A stretch of DNA of 64,000 nt from Octopus vulgaris. Taxonomy: Eukaryota. The stretch is taken from the NCBI GenBank assembly GCA_951406725.2, contig OX597821.1:52204001-52268000 (forward strand), given 5' to 3'. The translations under genes and the position numbers were made by a program. Shown one piece after another: positions 36,086 through 50,372 of the stretch. The notes under the pieces are model-generated. The model worked only from the letters and a program-made list of their open reading frames with translations. It searched no databases and had not been told where the DNA came from. Each line of letters starts with the position of its first letter. Position 1 is the stretch's first letter.

Positions 36086-37040
36086 ATTCATGTTGTTACC
36101 AAGGTTATTTACAGAAGTACAACCTCGAGTTTACTCTGATAATTTTTCTTCATTTTGAACAAAAGCTGAGAAAGTCGGTCACCTATTGGAAGCCGGCAAC
36201 TATTATATGTGAAGATAAAACATTATATATATATATATATATATATTTATTACTATTCATGTATTATTTCCGCTAACTTCAATTGTGTTATGCTTCTAAG
36301 ACGGAAAATATCACTCTTCGTTTCACGCCTAAAGTATTTTAAATTGGCGTAGAATGCTAAAGGAGCTAGATGTATGCTAACAACATCGAAATCTATCATT
36401 TTATCAACAACATTTGATGAGCGACTAATGGCATGAAAGATGAGCACTTCAGTTTCATTCCAACAAAGAGTGAAATGGTAATTGCGTTTACCAGAACAGG
36501 AGCCAGCTATTAAACGTAGTCAGATCAAAAGCATAATTCTTTGTCAAATATATTGTGAAATTTAATACAAAAAAACCTAAAATCTACAAGAAAATTATAT
36601 TTTACTGTTGACGTCTTCTCCACCTCAGACGAGCTGCTCAAGTCAAGAACGTTTGACTGAGCATCAGCTTCTTGTTCAAGCATAGGAAATGTAAGTTCAA
36701 TTATTAGAAAGGTTGACTTTGCGATAGATTCTAGGATTCCACTCAGAATATCAAAGAATATAAAAGTTAACAGAATCGATGCCTACCAATCTACTAAACA
36801 TTTATGAAAATAACAACGGACTGATTTGGCGTAAATTTGTTTTAGATTAGTGTCCTTCATAACCCAACCAATACAGTGGAAGTGATAACATTATCGCAGT
36901 TATCAAATGTTAAGTCAGCGTTTAAACGATGTCAGAATCACGATAAATATTTTGGCGAAACTGCATATGAATAATGCTTTCAACAATACTTACTTAACTA
37001 TTGTTTTGATGCGGATAGCGTTCCTGTGTTTTAAGAGTTA

Positions 37041-37439
37041 TCTTTATATATAAAAGTCAAGTTGTGTGTCTGTCTCCTACGATTTAGATTCCTAACTACT
37101 CCCACATTTTACGGTGCAGTGTAACCAAAAGCGGGTATCTTATAGTCGTGATTCATGTCGAGCCCTTCTGGGTATTAGCGCGCGTCTACGATGAGTCTAC
37201 GATTTTAAAAATAATTTACTATCATTGTTTTCCATTTGAATGCATTTTTTTCGCTATTATATTAGGGAAGTAACTCTCTAAAAATGTCTACGATGAGTCA
37301 ACGATTTAAAAAAAAATTGACTATCATTTTTCTTCCATTTTTAATGCATTTTTTTGCTATTTTTTGGCTATAACTCTCTAAAAATGCTTATATAGTTATT
37401 TCCCTTACAAACCCGAGCAACGCCGGGCGATACTGCTAG
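37041..37439 (+). mobile_element. Non-autonomous Helitron
   Basis: A|TC 5' end, subterminal hairpin CCCGAGCAACGCCGGG, CTAG|T 3' end, no TSD, internal direct repeat of about 140 bp. Confidence 0.85.
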
Positions 37440-40400
37440 TTTAGAATAATTATATTAAAAATTTTTTGTATATTTGTGATTCATAATTTTTGCAGAATTA
37501 CATTTAACGTGGTTGCATCTTCCGGTCCAATTATAAGCTAATTCTAACGTTATATTGAAATTTAGAAACAAATCAATTGAAAAGAAAATCAATGTTTTTG
37601 TCTGTGATTTAGTTAGACTAGAAAGGCAGAATATGTGAATTTTTGCAGAACAACGTTCTCAGACAGGTGAGAGAAAGTTACTCTCAGACAAAAGATGTGA
37701 TGACCTGAACCTTGGTAATAATCTGCTTACACCGCAAATGTATCCTACGACCAAGTGACAATATTATATATCGCAAGAGGTTAAGTCAATCTACTAACTA
37801 CAAGGACACATACAGTTCAAATAGTGGACTATGAAGTTCCTGCCAAACATTACGTTCAAAAGTTAGAGCAATAGATATTTATTCGCTGTGCCATGCAGAG
37901 AGAACGAACCCGAAATGTACAACTTCAAAGCATTTGCTGAAATCTCATAATCATGCTTGAGTTAATGGTGAAAACCACCTTTTATTTACTTGCAACAAAA
38001 ACGTTCTCTACAAGACCGTCAAGTGTTACTTTCATCAATAGCGTTGTCTTTTTTCATTATCGAATGCATCTTTTTAGGACATTAGTGTGTATTTTGAGGT
38101 ATTAATGGCTACTATTTCTAACAGGTCGACGACCACAAAGGTACTCATTTACTGGTTCGCAATGTAATTCTCCTCATATTCCCTATCATAGACTATTTGT
38201 TTTATTTCTTCATAAAGGTGATAGAATATGTATTGAAACCAAACATAAAAATCAATTGAAAATTCTTGTACGTAATTAGATAGAAACAAAAAGAAATCTA
38301 TGAACAATGGGAAGAAAAGTTTATTTCTGTTGATTGAAAAACGAAATAAATGACAGTATAAAATAAGTTGAATTATTGTAAAGAAAATAATTTTACTGTA
38401 AATTAGAAAAGCGCATTAGTAGAATAAAAATTAAAATTGAAAACTGCTGTGTTATTTTAAAACTTATTTTTGCTTCAGAAAACAGCGTCATCATAAAAAT
38501 ACATTTATCAAATCGTCTAGATGTGTATATGTATGGATATGAATGTGAATGAGTGTATTTGTATGTATGTGTGAATGTGTTGTATGTGTTGTGAATGTAT
38601 GTGTAGAGTAACTGAAGTGTTTGGATGTTAATGAACAGTTGGATCTCATTAATTCAGTTATATTTTATGAAGACAAAGCAGAGAAAATATGTTGTTTTCA
38701 ATAGTTATTTCTAGTATAACATGTTAGCTAATACTATACGATGCATTCTGAAAAGTTATTTCTAGACCAACGTGTTAACTAATAGCAATTTCATACAATG
38801 GTTAATTAATAAAAGTAGCTTCGCATTCAAAATCTTTTGATATCATTTCGCATTTATATAGGGTTTTTTTTTTGGGATTGAAAACCACAGAAACCTAGTC
38901 AAATCCTTCGTAACACATCGAAAGAATCCTTTACTGCACAACTTTATATAAATTCTATGTATATATTTATGAAATGTTATTTTCAGTTAAAAACAAACTA
39001 ATAACGCTGTATTTCATCGTTTTGAAAGTTGTGTGACATATATCCAATCAAGTGAAACGCAGTTTATATGTGATTGGATGTAAATTAGTTTACTCTATAT
39101 CATACATACATATATACACACACAAGAGCGTGCATGCGCACACGCACACACATGTATATATTTTATTTCATTCGTACTGTGACACAACTCATGCAATTTC
39201 ATATGTATATGTGTATATATACGTGGCAAATATATATGATCCTTAGTGTAAGAAGATCAAGGAGTCTCGAAGACGATGGACTCTCTAAGCTGGAATAAAC
39301 AAGGATGTAACTTATTTATTCATTACTCAGTAAAATTTATCTGATACGTTGGATTGATGGATTACACTGTATTATGTGCATAAATGAATGAAAGTAAAGG
39401 GTACTTAGAATACCCCGTGAATTCACAAGAAAACAATAAAGGCTCTCTAAATGTTGTCTTTGTTTCCATTCTTATCAATGCAGGTGAAGTAAACCTATGA
39501 TCGACGGCCAATTCCTGCTGCCACGTCGCTTTAAACTTTTTTTCTTTCCTCACTAGACACGTGTTGCCTAGAATTTGAATAGCCACATTGTTTTTAATTC
39601 TAAGGCGGTAGAACGCGATAATTTAAGGTGGCAGCAGGTGATCTGTTTGCTTTCTCAAACAGATTAACATATCACGTAGAAAATAGGTCTTAAAGTTTCG
39701 ATCAGAGTGAATGGATTTGCTATGTTTATTATACATTTATATATTCGGACTAGATTTATATATCCATTTCTTGGTTAGTCTAACCCAGAAATTTTGGTAG
39801 AATATTAAATATGGTTTTACGAATATAAAATAGATTGAATAACATTAATATAAATCAAAACTTAAGAATTTGATGGCTTATATCTTGTATCTATCTGAGT
39901 CACTTTGCTTTCATTCGAACAGCTAAAACAGCAGCTAAATTTCCATCAACGCACATTCTACCGTCTTAAAAAAGACATGCGTATCTACTTTATTGTTGTC
40001 CTAATTACACCATAACTTTAAAAGCACTGCTTGAATGAGCTCAGCTTGCACATATGTAATAATAAGCTTGCTCAGTCAGAGCTGACCTGCGGTTAAACAA
40101 TAACTCCAAGAGCCAAAACGTTAAAAGAATTATGACATTCATCAATATAACAATTGCGTTGAAACATTCAATTAGTTTCTATATAATTTCTAAAATCTTT
40201 AAAGCGAAAATGAAATGAGGAAATAAACGCAGCATTTAATGAAACCATTTCTCAGATGCCGGAAGATGATAATAGCAAAACACTCAAGAATTTAAAATGT
40301 CGATAAAGTCAGTGACATTAGAAACCCCGAATTTTTAATGGAAGTACTGTAAAGAGACAAAAAGTAAAAGTTATTTTATATAAATGAGAACAGTATTTCT

Positions 40401-41163
40401 CCTTAAAAACAAGGCATTTCTCTTGCAGAAATGCTTACCTTTAGTTTATATTTAATTCTAGAATCTCAGCATAATAAGCCAAGACCACAATGTTTAGTTG
40501 GCAAAATATTATTAGTGATTCATCTAATTTAACTGCTGAAAATAGAATGATTTAAAGGCTGACATTGCCACGTTCAGATCGGAATAAATTAAAAATAAAT
40601 CTATTAATTGTAATAAAATAAAAGGAAGTCATTCATTTAAACATAGCTGAGGTGAATCTCTTTAGAGTAACTTTCAAACTTCATTAATACCATCTCCAAA
40701 ACTAAGCACTACTCTGCAAAAGATGGCGATTAGATTAACCTTTAACATCATATAAAATCAACAAGGACACATTTTACAGAGACATTCATTTAACCATCAC
40801 CTCTTTGTCTCTATGATTCTTTGTTTTCTCATACATATTTGCTCCGTCATACAGCCCAGAGGAATAAAGAGCTTCAATTTCCTCTGGCAGAAATTTCTAT
40901 TGCACTTGAGAAATGAACGCATTTCATATAATCATATTTCTACAAGTTGGATATATAAATCATCTGTAAATCAGTATCCTTGTATTTATATAAGAAATTG
41001 ATTATATGATTTGATATCTGTTAAATATGAAATGGAGTTTCAATTCTACTCTGTCAAATATAAAATGCAATAATTCTAAGACATTAGAATTTCTTAATTA
41101 AAATTCTGCATAACTTTGATAAATTTGAATCTTTAAAATTGAAGACATATTCTCTAATTATTG

Positions 41164-41227
<64 letters not shown>

Positions 41228-41264
41228 ATATCTATGTAAGTGTGTATATATATATAAAATCTAA

Positions 41265-41870
41265 AGATCCTGGTATCTCTAAACATCTTTGAGAATATTT
41301 TACAGTTTATAACAACTTTACTATTATGTGCAATCCACCTAAGGTTGTTGTCCACTGAGGCTTTGGATAGTTCTCCCAAGGGAAGAAATTATGGCTGTTT
41401 AACTATATCCACTTCACCAACGTGGGTAAGCTGTAATTCAACCTTGTTCAGGAGCGTGATGTCTTACTTTCTTTTTCGCTCATCGTATCACTAATTAAAG
41501 TTCTAAACAGTCTCTTGATATTCTGACAATTTGTATCATCTGTAAAGATTTATATTTTACGATGTATGATAATATTTGCAATGTTATTTACATAAACAAT
41601 TAACAGATGTAGCCCCATGACAAAAGCATGTGGTTTTGATTAAACCCCATCGATTACAACATGCTGTATAACGTTAGGAAACGTTTAACCCATAGAACAG
41701 CATTCCACAGAATCCGAAGTTGGATAGTTGTATTCAACTCAGCCCTTTCTAAAAGCATCTAAATGCCATCAAATAGCTTCAGAAGCTCTGTCAAGTTATT
41801 ATTTTGCCATGAAAACCATGCTGGTTGAGATGACATTTTCGAATATTTTCAAGTATGAAATACGATTGTA
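41265..41870 (-). pseudogene. CR1/L2-type reverse transcriptase fossil
   Basis: Minus-strand remnants VMGLHLLIVYVN (like VLGPLLF..YVND), IFTDDT (like FADDTK) and RDTRI (like RDLGI); many lesions. Confidence 0.6.
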
Positions 41871-44226
41871 GAATAATTCAAAATACATACATACATACAT
41901 ACATACAAATGTACATACATACACTCACACATATAAATACTCATGCATATACATGCATTCATACACGTTTTTGTATTTATTTATGTATACATATATGTCT
42001 ATATAGCATTACCTATCTATCTACCTATCTATGAACATAATACCTATCTATAAATATATTATGATGTAGTATATATGATATAATATGATAATATAATATA
42101 ATACACACACATACACACAGATATATAAACACAATTAGCTTCTGAATCTAGCTAATTATGAGCGTCACAGACTTGAGATGGAATTATATCATATCTTTGT
42201 TATTCCCCCAAACGAATAACTATGGAATGTAAATAGTGTTTGAGTTTGCTATTCTGTGTAAGGGTTTAGCTACATGCATAAAGTATCTACCTCTAGAAAT
42301 AGAAAGAGTACTGGAAGTTTGACGTGACGGTTCCTTAAACCTTCCCATGCAATTCTCAACCATAAAAGCTATCTACTCTATTCCGAAGTGGGGGGGGCTT
42401 TGTGTTTTAGATTAATATTTAGTTAACTTTAAAGGAGTGGGCAGAAATCGGACAGAAATCTTCTTAAAGGCTTCTAGGATAGAAGTGAATGCAACTAATG
42501 CTAGAATTATGCAACTGAGTCCAAAAATAGTTTCTCATTGTTCCATCAGATTTATGAGAATAATCCGATGTTATTGACAAACTAAAAGGATCAAAATTAT
42601 AAACATGAAAATATTTCAGGAAATATTTTTAATATTGTGTTCATCTAGTATTTCCTTTCTACGTATTAAAGCACCGCCTTAAAGGGCTTATTCGAACAAA
42701 TCGATCCCAGTACTTATTTTTAAGCCTGGTATTTAATTTCAAACTTTTCCGCAGAATTGCTAACTATTGTGGACCTGAACAGAACATCACCACTTGACAA
42801 GCGGTGGTGGGGTACAAACCCAACACACAGGCACACACTCAGGCAAACGCACACACACACACAGACTCATATACCCACACACATGTGTGTGCGTGTATAC
42901 TTGTACCAAAGAAGAGAGCTAGAAAAAGAGGGAGAGAGTAAGGGAATCTTTGATATATATATATATATATATATATAAACGATCGTAGTGGTTATTCATT
43001 TGTTAAATTTTAATTTATATAAATTATTTTATATTTTATGTATTGGCTTAAGTCTTTCTTTGTTTGATTTGCATAATAGTGGTTTTGTCTCTAATTTATT
43101 ATAATATATATATATATATATGCATATATATAGGAATATATATGTGTGTATGCATATATATGAACAAACAAAAACATATATGTATATTGTGTGCTTGTAA
43201 AGTAGATTAATCCACGTAGATGAAGCTATCGTGCGTGTTGATATTAGTCAAGCATACTCATCGGTAGGGCTTGAAAGATATAACTGAGCGGTTGCGTTTA
43301 GGATATTTGAAATTGATGGATACTATTTGATTGGCTGTGTGATTGGATACATGGTTGATAGTGTGTTGTCTTCACTATTCTTGACTATGGCTTGCAGTGT
43401 TTTGCAATTGAAATTTTTTTGGCTGGTATCAGCAACTGGTTTTGTTTTGTTTTGTATTAGTTGTTTGAAATATTGAAGATAGCGTCTGCCAGTGGTCAAT
43501 TACCTCATAGATTAGAAATATGACGAGTCATGCAGCTGGTTTTGTTGTTACTGGTGGAAATTCTTTACGACAACAACTGGAGACGGGTAAGTTCTGAAGT
43601 TGATTTGCATACGTATTACATGGCGGGAATTTGAGATGAGTTAATATAGGGTAAGAATGTCGGATGATGTGGTGTCACCTCTACCTCTCATGCACACACA
43701 TATTTCATATGCATATACATATATTCGTATATATGAGGAATAGATTTTCTTTTATGCATGTTTTAATTTATTAATACATTTTGTTTTAGATTTTTAATAT
43801 TTTCTTATTTTTTTTTTCTACAGGTGTCGTGGATCTGTAGAGATATTAAATCTATATTTTACGTTCTTAGACCTTCAAAGTCTCACTTTTCAAGAAAGAA
43901 ATTGACTGCAACAAACAAATCAACACGTCCCTGCTGATGCTAATAGTGGCAAAAAATCTCTGGTGTGAAATTCTATACGAATTCAATCAGAATAAATGAA
44001 ACAGCATAAATGCCAAATATTTTCCATTTTCTTCATGAAATTGAAATTGTGAAGATCTGGAAACGACGGATATGGATTAAAGGAAAGCTACAGTTCCAAC
44101 CCAACTGTAAAGAGCTAATAAGAATACAAGAAAAATTAAAAATATAAAAAAGAAACGATTGAATTTGAGCATAGTCGTGTATCCAATGAAACATACAATT
44201 ACATACACACATATATGTATATATAC

Positions 44227-44269
<43 letters not shown>

Positions 44270-46599
44270 CGCATATATATATATATATATATAGATCTAT
44301 ATATACACACATATATACAGATCTATATACACATATATATTTACAGGTCTATATACACACACATATATATACACATATAGATATATACACATATATATAT
44401 ATACATATATAGATATATATACATATATAGATATATACACACATGTATACATATATATATACTTATACATTCAAATACAAATACATACATGCGCACACAT
44501 ATTTTGTGTAATATATATTCGTTTGTGTCTATAATAGTTAAGTTATGAGGTTGCATTTAGATTCCAATAATATTTTGATTATTTTTATTTTGACACAGTA
44601 AAATATACATTATTGATCTAATTATTTACCGGCTATTAGGATTGAGTGTTTCTAAATGGAGCATATATGTAAAATGTCGAAAATAATGTTGAAATGTCAT
44701 GTAATATCATCATTAGTAGTTGGCTTATTGACAATCAATATACATTTATATGTTTTTTTGGCTTGTTGACAATCAATACACACTTACACATGCGTAGTTG
44801 GTTTACTGACAATCAGCATACACGCAGACATACATACACGTATACGCAAATGCACGCATATTTTTGTGTAGTTTGATGACATATAAAATCATTATATGTC
44901 TCAAAGTCTCCACCATCACTACCACCACTAAAACAATCGCTAACACTTCTGCCACTGTCAGCAGAAGTAGCAGCACCACCACCATTACCACCGTCATTGC
45001 AACCGTGCAACAACAAGAAAACCAAAAAAGAACAAAAACAGTCTCAGCAATTTGGGAGTTTTTATGAAGTCGTTTTAGTTACTCGAAATAAGGGGCAAAA
45101 CTTCCTCGAATGACAGCCTACCCCCACCATCACAAAATGTAATCTGGATAGTTTTGAAAAATACATGATGTTCATATCTGGAACATCAGTTACCATGGTA
45201 GCAGGAGTTACACCATTAATTGATGAGAAATATCTTGGATCTAAACATTAAAAGCAAGAACAACGACAATGGATGCGCAAAGAAAATGTTAGCAACAAAA
45301 GTAATAGCAACTTAACAAACAGCAATTAAAAATTCATCAAATTTAATTAACAGTAATGAAGAAAGAGAGAAATCATAACCTCTTTATTTATAATGGATTA
45401 TAATCTAAATTAATGAGTAATTAATAAGTGTTGGCTTCAGAAATATCCAATATCTTTCTGTGTCTGTCATTAACACGAAATACGAAATAGACAAAGAGGC
45501 AATTAGATATTTAAGACGTGAGTGTGTTAACAACGTTTATGAGAAACAGGATATTCAATGAAGATGTGTTTAGATGTATCAACGATATCTTAGTGAAACT
45601 ATGTGGAATATTTGAGGTTTCTCTTGAAATATAATTAGATAAATGGAAGAGAAATTTAATAACCAGATCGTTTTCGATTCTGGGAAGATAGAAATCCCGT
45701 TTAACCAAGAAATTAAATTCGTTATTACAAAGTAAATATGACAATATTGAAAACACAAAAAATCAAGTGAAAACCCGAAAGAACAAGTGTCATTGACACT
45801 GTGACGATTTAATATAATTGATATTATACTTCTTTAATTTAAAGCTCACGAATCAAATTATATAGCTGTATAGAAAAACAAAGACACAAAAGACTAATAC
45901 AGTTGATATATGCAATCGAAGATAACTTGACAGCATATCTTTGCTTATGCTAATTGTCCCTCTAGTCACGATCTGATAGCATGGGGCGGAGCGGAAGGGC
46001 AGGGATGATTTCAATGAGATTTAAATTCAGAGTGTTCAGATCCAGAACAAATACCCTGACGTATTTTACCCGCTCCTTTGATACGACTCTAAATATTCAC
46101 AGAAATTGAATGCATAAATATGTACATATACATACGTACACGCATCTATAAATACACACATCTATACATGCATACATGCATGCAGTTCAAAGACAGAAGG
46201 TAAAAAAAGGTTTTGAAGAAATCGAAAGTATAAAACACCTTTTTCTTAGAGTTATGAACTCAATAATCATTTCTATTGGGTACATGAACAGACTGAAAAC
46301 ATTCTATGACGAACGATTTGCGCTCAAATTTGAATTATTTACAACAAAATAATTACGTCAAGTAGCATCTGTTGAACATAGGAAGTTTATGAATGTAACT
46401 TTATCCAGTAAAGAGGTAGAATTAATTTTATTCCGAACAAAAGTGAACTAAAGTGTGAACAATGATGCCCCCAAAACAACACGTGCTTTCTCTATTAAAG
46501 TATCCTTGCAGAAACTATGTTACCTGTTAGTCAGGCTACATTGCAAGTTATGACCGCTGCCTGACTACTACTATATTAACGTAAAAATTCAGTGAAATC

Positions 46600-47555
46600 C
46601 TTGAAGGTAGAATCAGTAGATCCAGTGGTAATCCGGGTAGATTACTGGTATGTGGATGAGGAGAGGTGCCGAAAGTTCGGGAAGTGGTTCATATATGCAA
46701 GTCCAAAGCGTTTAAAGTTCAGTCAGGATCAAACCAGGGTAACCACATGGGGCCGTTGTTTTTCATTCTCTCTCTGTTTATTTCCTCTTATTCTTTTCTG
46801 TTGAAGAACGTAGGTTCGAAATGTAAAAGACTTCTTCAATTTCCCGAGCGTCAAACTAATACACTTTCTTGTTGTTTGTACACCTGTCTTCGTCTTTTGT
46901 TTTTCTATAAATTTCCACTATATTATCTAACAGACACAATCTTAATGATAATTCCAGCAGTTATCAGCTGAAACATATACGTACAGCGACATGTTCTCCG
47001 GCTCCAACTTTGCTGCATGAGAAGGCAATCAAGAAACGTTTATAAGAAGTTATAAATTCCCTCAGGGGAAAAAAAAACTGGAACGAAGAGAAGATAACAT
47101 ACTGCAACTTTGGAAAAACCTTCTCTAGAAATATTCGCCTGTTAGCCTCAAATACATATACAAAGAATGTCCATGTCTCTCCAGCAGCATACCGTAGATG
47201 AATGGATGAGTGCATGTCGGTAGAAAAACCATGCATAGATACATAAGCAGAGTGACAGCAGTATTGATAACCAGCAGTCTATCTTGAACCAAAAACCAAA
47301 ACACTAAGTCTTTTTCGTTGAAGGGTATGGGTTTTCTCCCCAGGAACATGTAATAGTTCCTGGACTTCTGGCGCACAAAATGGATAGAGATGACTGAAAA
47401 GCATTGAAATGTCTTAAATGGTGCAGACTTTACAGTTCTCACCAAAGATACCACACACAACACAAACAGTTGTACGAAGATGCTATCGCGTTATTATCTA
47501 TCAATGAGACATCATGATGTGGCCTAGACGTTGTACAATGCGATGCTATGTGAGT
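46600..47555 (+). pseudogene. Degenerate RLE-type non-LTR ORF remnant (post-RT region to CCHC knuckle)
   Basis: Fragments KPMH.Y, VEGY.F..QE and TTH.TNSCTKMLSRYYL..RH.DVA across frames; boundaries approximate. Confidence 0.5.
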
Positions 47556-48240
47556 ATAATTTTGAGTTCAAATATATGAGCCTAAAATACGGTAGAAACC
47601 ATAACCATTAATTGTTTGAAAAAAAGTACTAATGCAATGTTTATGTGAAAACTTCAGCAAAGTTCACACATTATAGACGAGACACAGTGAATTGGCACTC
47701 AAGAATAAACTATGAACAACAGAGGAAATCAGTTGCCCAGCGGATGTGAACGTAACGTTAAAGATCAGCGAAAAAAGAAAACCCATATACTGAACTATTT
47801 AAGGATTTACTGCTTCTCCATTTAAATTAGAATTTCAGATTTTTACCGGTGATTACTGTGGTACTAGGATATCTAACAATCTGCCTCAGCACCGATCTTG
47901 AGAAATGAGTGCTCTCACAGCCAGAAATAACTCTAATTAGAAGATTACAGATATAAGTTTAATGCAACACTCAAAAATACGTAAAATTTTCCAAATGCTT
48001 TGTATATAAATGCGTATGCACACGTCTATATATATACAACTATCTTTTGTATGGCTAAAATTCCATGAAGCAAAATATAAACATCTGCACAAATACCGCG
48101 TTCAAAGACTTGGATGTATATAGCCATATATGCACAACCTGTCTGTTATTTATGTTTGTTTTTATGACCTATTTAAAAAAAACCCAGTTTTTATACACAC
48201 ACACACTCACAAACAACTATCATTCTGTCCGTTTATCTAG

Positions 48241-48497
48241 TTATGATATCATAAAATGCCAGACAAGCAAGATTCAGGTCAGTAATACAAATATGGTGGT
48301 CGTATATTACGGCAGAAGTAATATACGCCTACCGTATATTACACATCAAAGACACGATCATATGGAACTGCAAAAAATCTTGTTCTATATGATCGTGTCT
48401 TTGATGTGCACCATTGGGTAGGCGTATATTACTTCTGCCGTAATATACGTCCATCGTGACTGGGATCTTGGTTGTCTGGTATGTTTTGATATCATAA
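48241..48497. mobile_element. Hairpin MITE-like palindrome with arms of about 125 bp
   Basis: TTATGATATCA termini; CGTATATTACGGCAGAAGTAATATACGCCTACC and CACATCAAAGACACGATCATAT pair perfectly across the arms. Confidence 0.8.
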
Positions 48498-48628
48498 ACA
48501 AATAAAAAGACAGACTAATGTGTGTGTGTGTGTGTGTTTGTATGTGTATATACAGAGAGAGATGAGAAATGAATGGAATTGTTAAACGGAAACAAGGTTG
48601 TATACATACACACACATATATACGTATA

Positions 48629-48673
<45 letters not shown>

Positions 48674-48689
48674 CACTTTATGTATCACT

Positions 48690-49008
48690 TTTACGTGTTT
48701 CAGTCATTTTGACTGTGGCCATGCTGAAGCATCGTCTTTTTGTCGAAGAAATCGACCCTGGACTCATTCTTTGTAAGCCTGCTACTTTTGCCGAACTGCT
48801 AGGTTACGAGGACGTAAACACACCAAGATCAGTTGTCAAGCGATGGTGGTGAGACAAATACAGACACAAACACACATATATATACATACATATACATACA
48901 TACATACATATAAATACGACAGGCTTCTTTCAGTTTTCTTCTACCAAATCCACTGATAAGGCTTTGGTCGCCCGAGGCTATAGTAGAAGTCACTTTCCCA
49001 AGGTGCCA
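48690..49008 (-). mobile_element. Family A SINE, degenerate
   Basis: Similarity to 24085-24501. Confidence 0.75.
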
Positions 49009-49639
49009 CCCAACAGAACTATATATGTATGCATGCATATATACATATATATGTATACGTATTCATATAGTTTATATATGTTTGTGTGATTTGTGTTTGT
49101 GTTTGTCCTCTCCATCGCTAGAAAACCGGAAAACCGGTGTTTTTTGTTTATGTCCACATAACTTAGCATCCTGTGAAAGTGACCTTTTAAAGTGGCATAA
49201 AAAATATATGTATTGGTGTCAATTCGTTCCACTAACCGTTCGAGGCCGTGCACCAGCATGGCCGCAGTTCGATAACTGTAACAACATAAAAAAAATATAT
49301 CCTAATCATTTGAACTGATATCGGACTCTTGTACATTCGTTCTCTCTCCTCTACAATATGTTACGAATGATAAGACGATATATTTAACATGCATTGACGG
49401 TTTACAAATATTAACTCTTAAATTATTAAATTGATTGAAAATCCTGTTTAAATTCCTACAAGGAAAATATTTGTTATTTAACAGGTGGTTTCACTGATAA
49501 AACAACAAATATTCATTTGTATCGTTTATATGGATTTATTGCATTTGTGAAATCTATTAATACAATTATTAGATTAATAAAATATTATTCAAACGATTAC
49601 TATATTAATAAAGTTTATTAATGTGTAATATGTAATACT

Positions 49640-50087
49640 GGTCTCAGATTTTGGCACAGAGCCAGCAATTTCGGAGGAAGGGGTGCAAATAGTTTATATT
49701 AACTCCAGTGCTCAACTGATATTTATTTTATCGACCCCGAAAGGGGAAAATGCGAAGTCAACCCCGGCGGCATTTAAACTAAGAACGGAATGTCAGAAGA
49801 AATGCCATTAAGCGTTTTTCTCGTACGGTAACGATTCCACGAGATCGTCGCCCTTATATCAATATATATAATATTGATTTCAAATTTTGGCACAAGGCCA
49901 GCAATTTCGGGAAAGTGGTGAAAATCGTTTATATCGACTCCAGTGCTCAGTTGGTACTTATCTTAACAACTCCGAATGGATCAAAGGCAAAGACGACTTC
50001 GGTGGCATTTGAACTCAGAATGTAAAGACGGACGATATGCAGCTAAGCATTTCGTCGGGCTTCGTAACGATTCTGCCAGCTCAGCTC
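49640..50087 (-). mobile_element. Two tandem family B SINEs (further single copies near 6590, 19810, 20690, 50930 and 51490)
   Basis: Same core on the reverse strand. Confidence 0.72.
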
Positions 50088-50188
50088 ACTCTATATCAGT
50101 ATATAATATTAAAGTATAATGATTCATAGGAACTAACGGTGTATATTTCACCGCCATTTTTTCTTGTTGATATTTAATGGATACTACA

Positions 50189-50372
50189 GATAAGATATAC
50201 TAGAAGAGCATATTTAATAATACGTTAGGATTAAGTTACACTAGAGTATCATATATTATAATATATCAAGATAAGTTACATTAATATGGTATACATTACA
50301 ATACACTGAGATAAGCCACATTAGAATAGCATACATTATAATATATTCAAATAAACTGTATTAGAACAGCAT
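50189..50372 (+). repeat. Degenerate minisatellite of about 40 bp
   Basis: Recurring GATAAG..ACA.TAGA..AGCATA.ATTA.AATA. Confidence 0.55.

Noticed and set aside
36629-36690. AG...GTAAGT-bounded 62-nt exon candidate with a small hairpin
   Set aside because: Stops in all three frames; could be non-coding but is unsupported.
43200-43272. Minus-strand CCGATGA...GATA as a decayed hammerhead
   Set aside because: Both core boxes are mutated and stems I and III are unclear.
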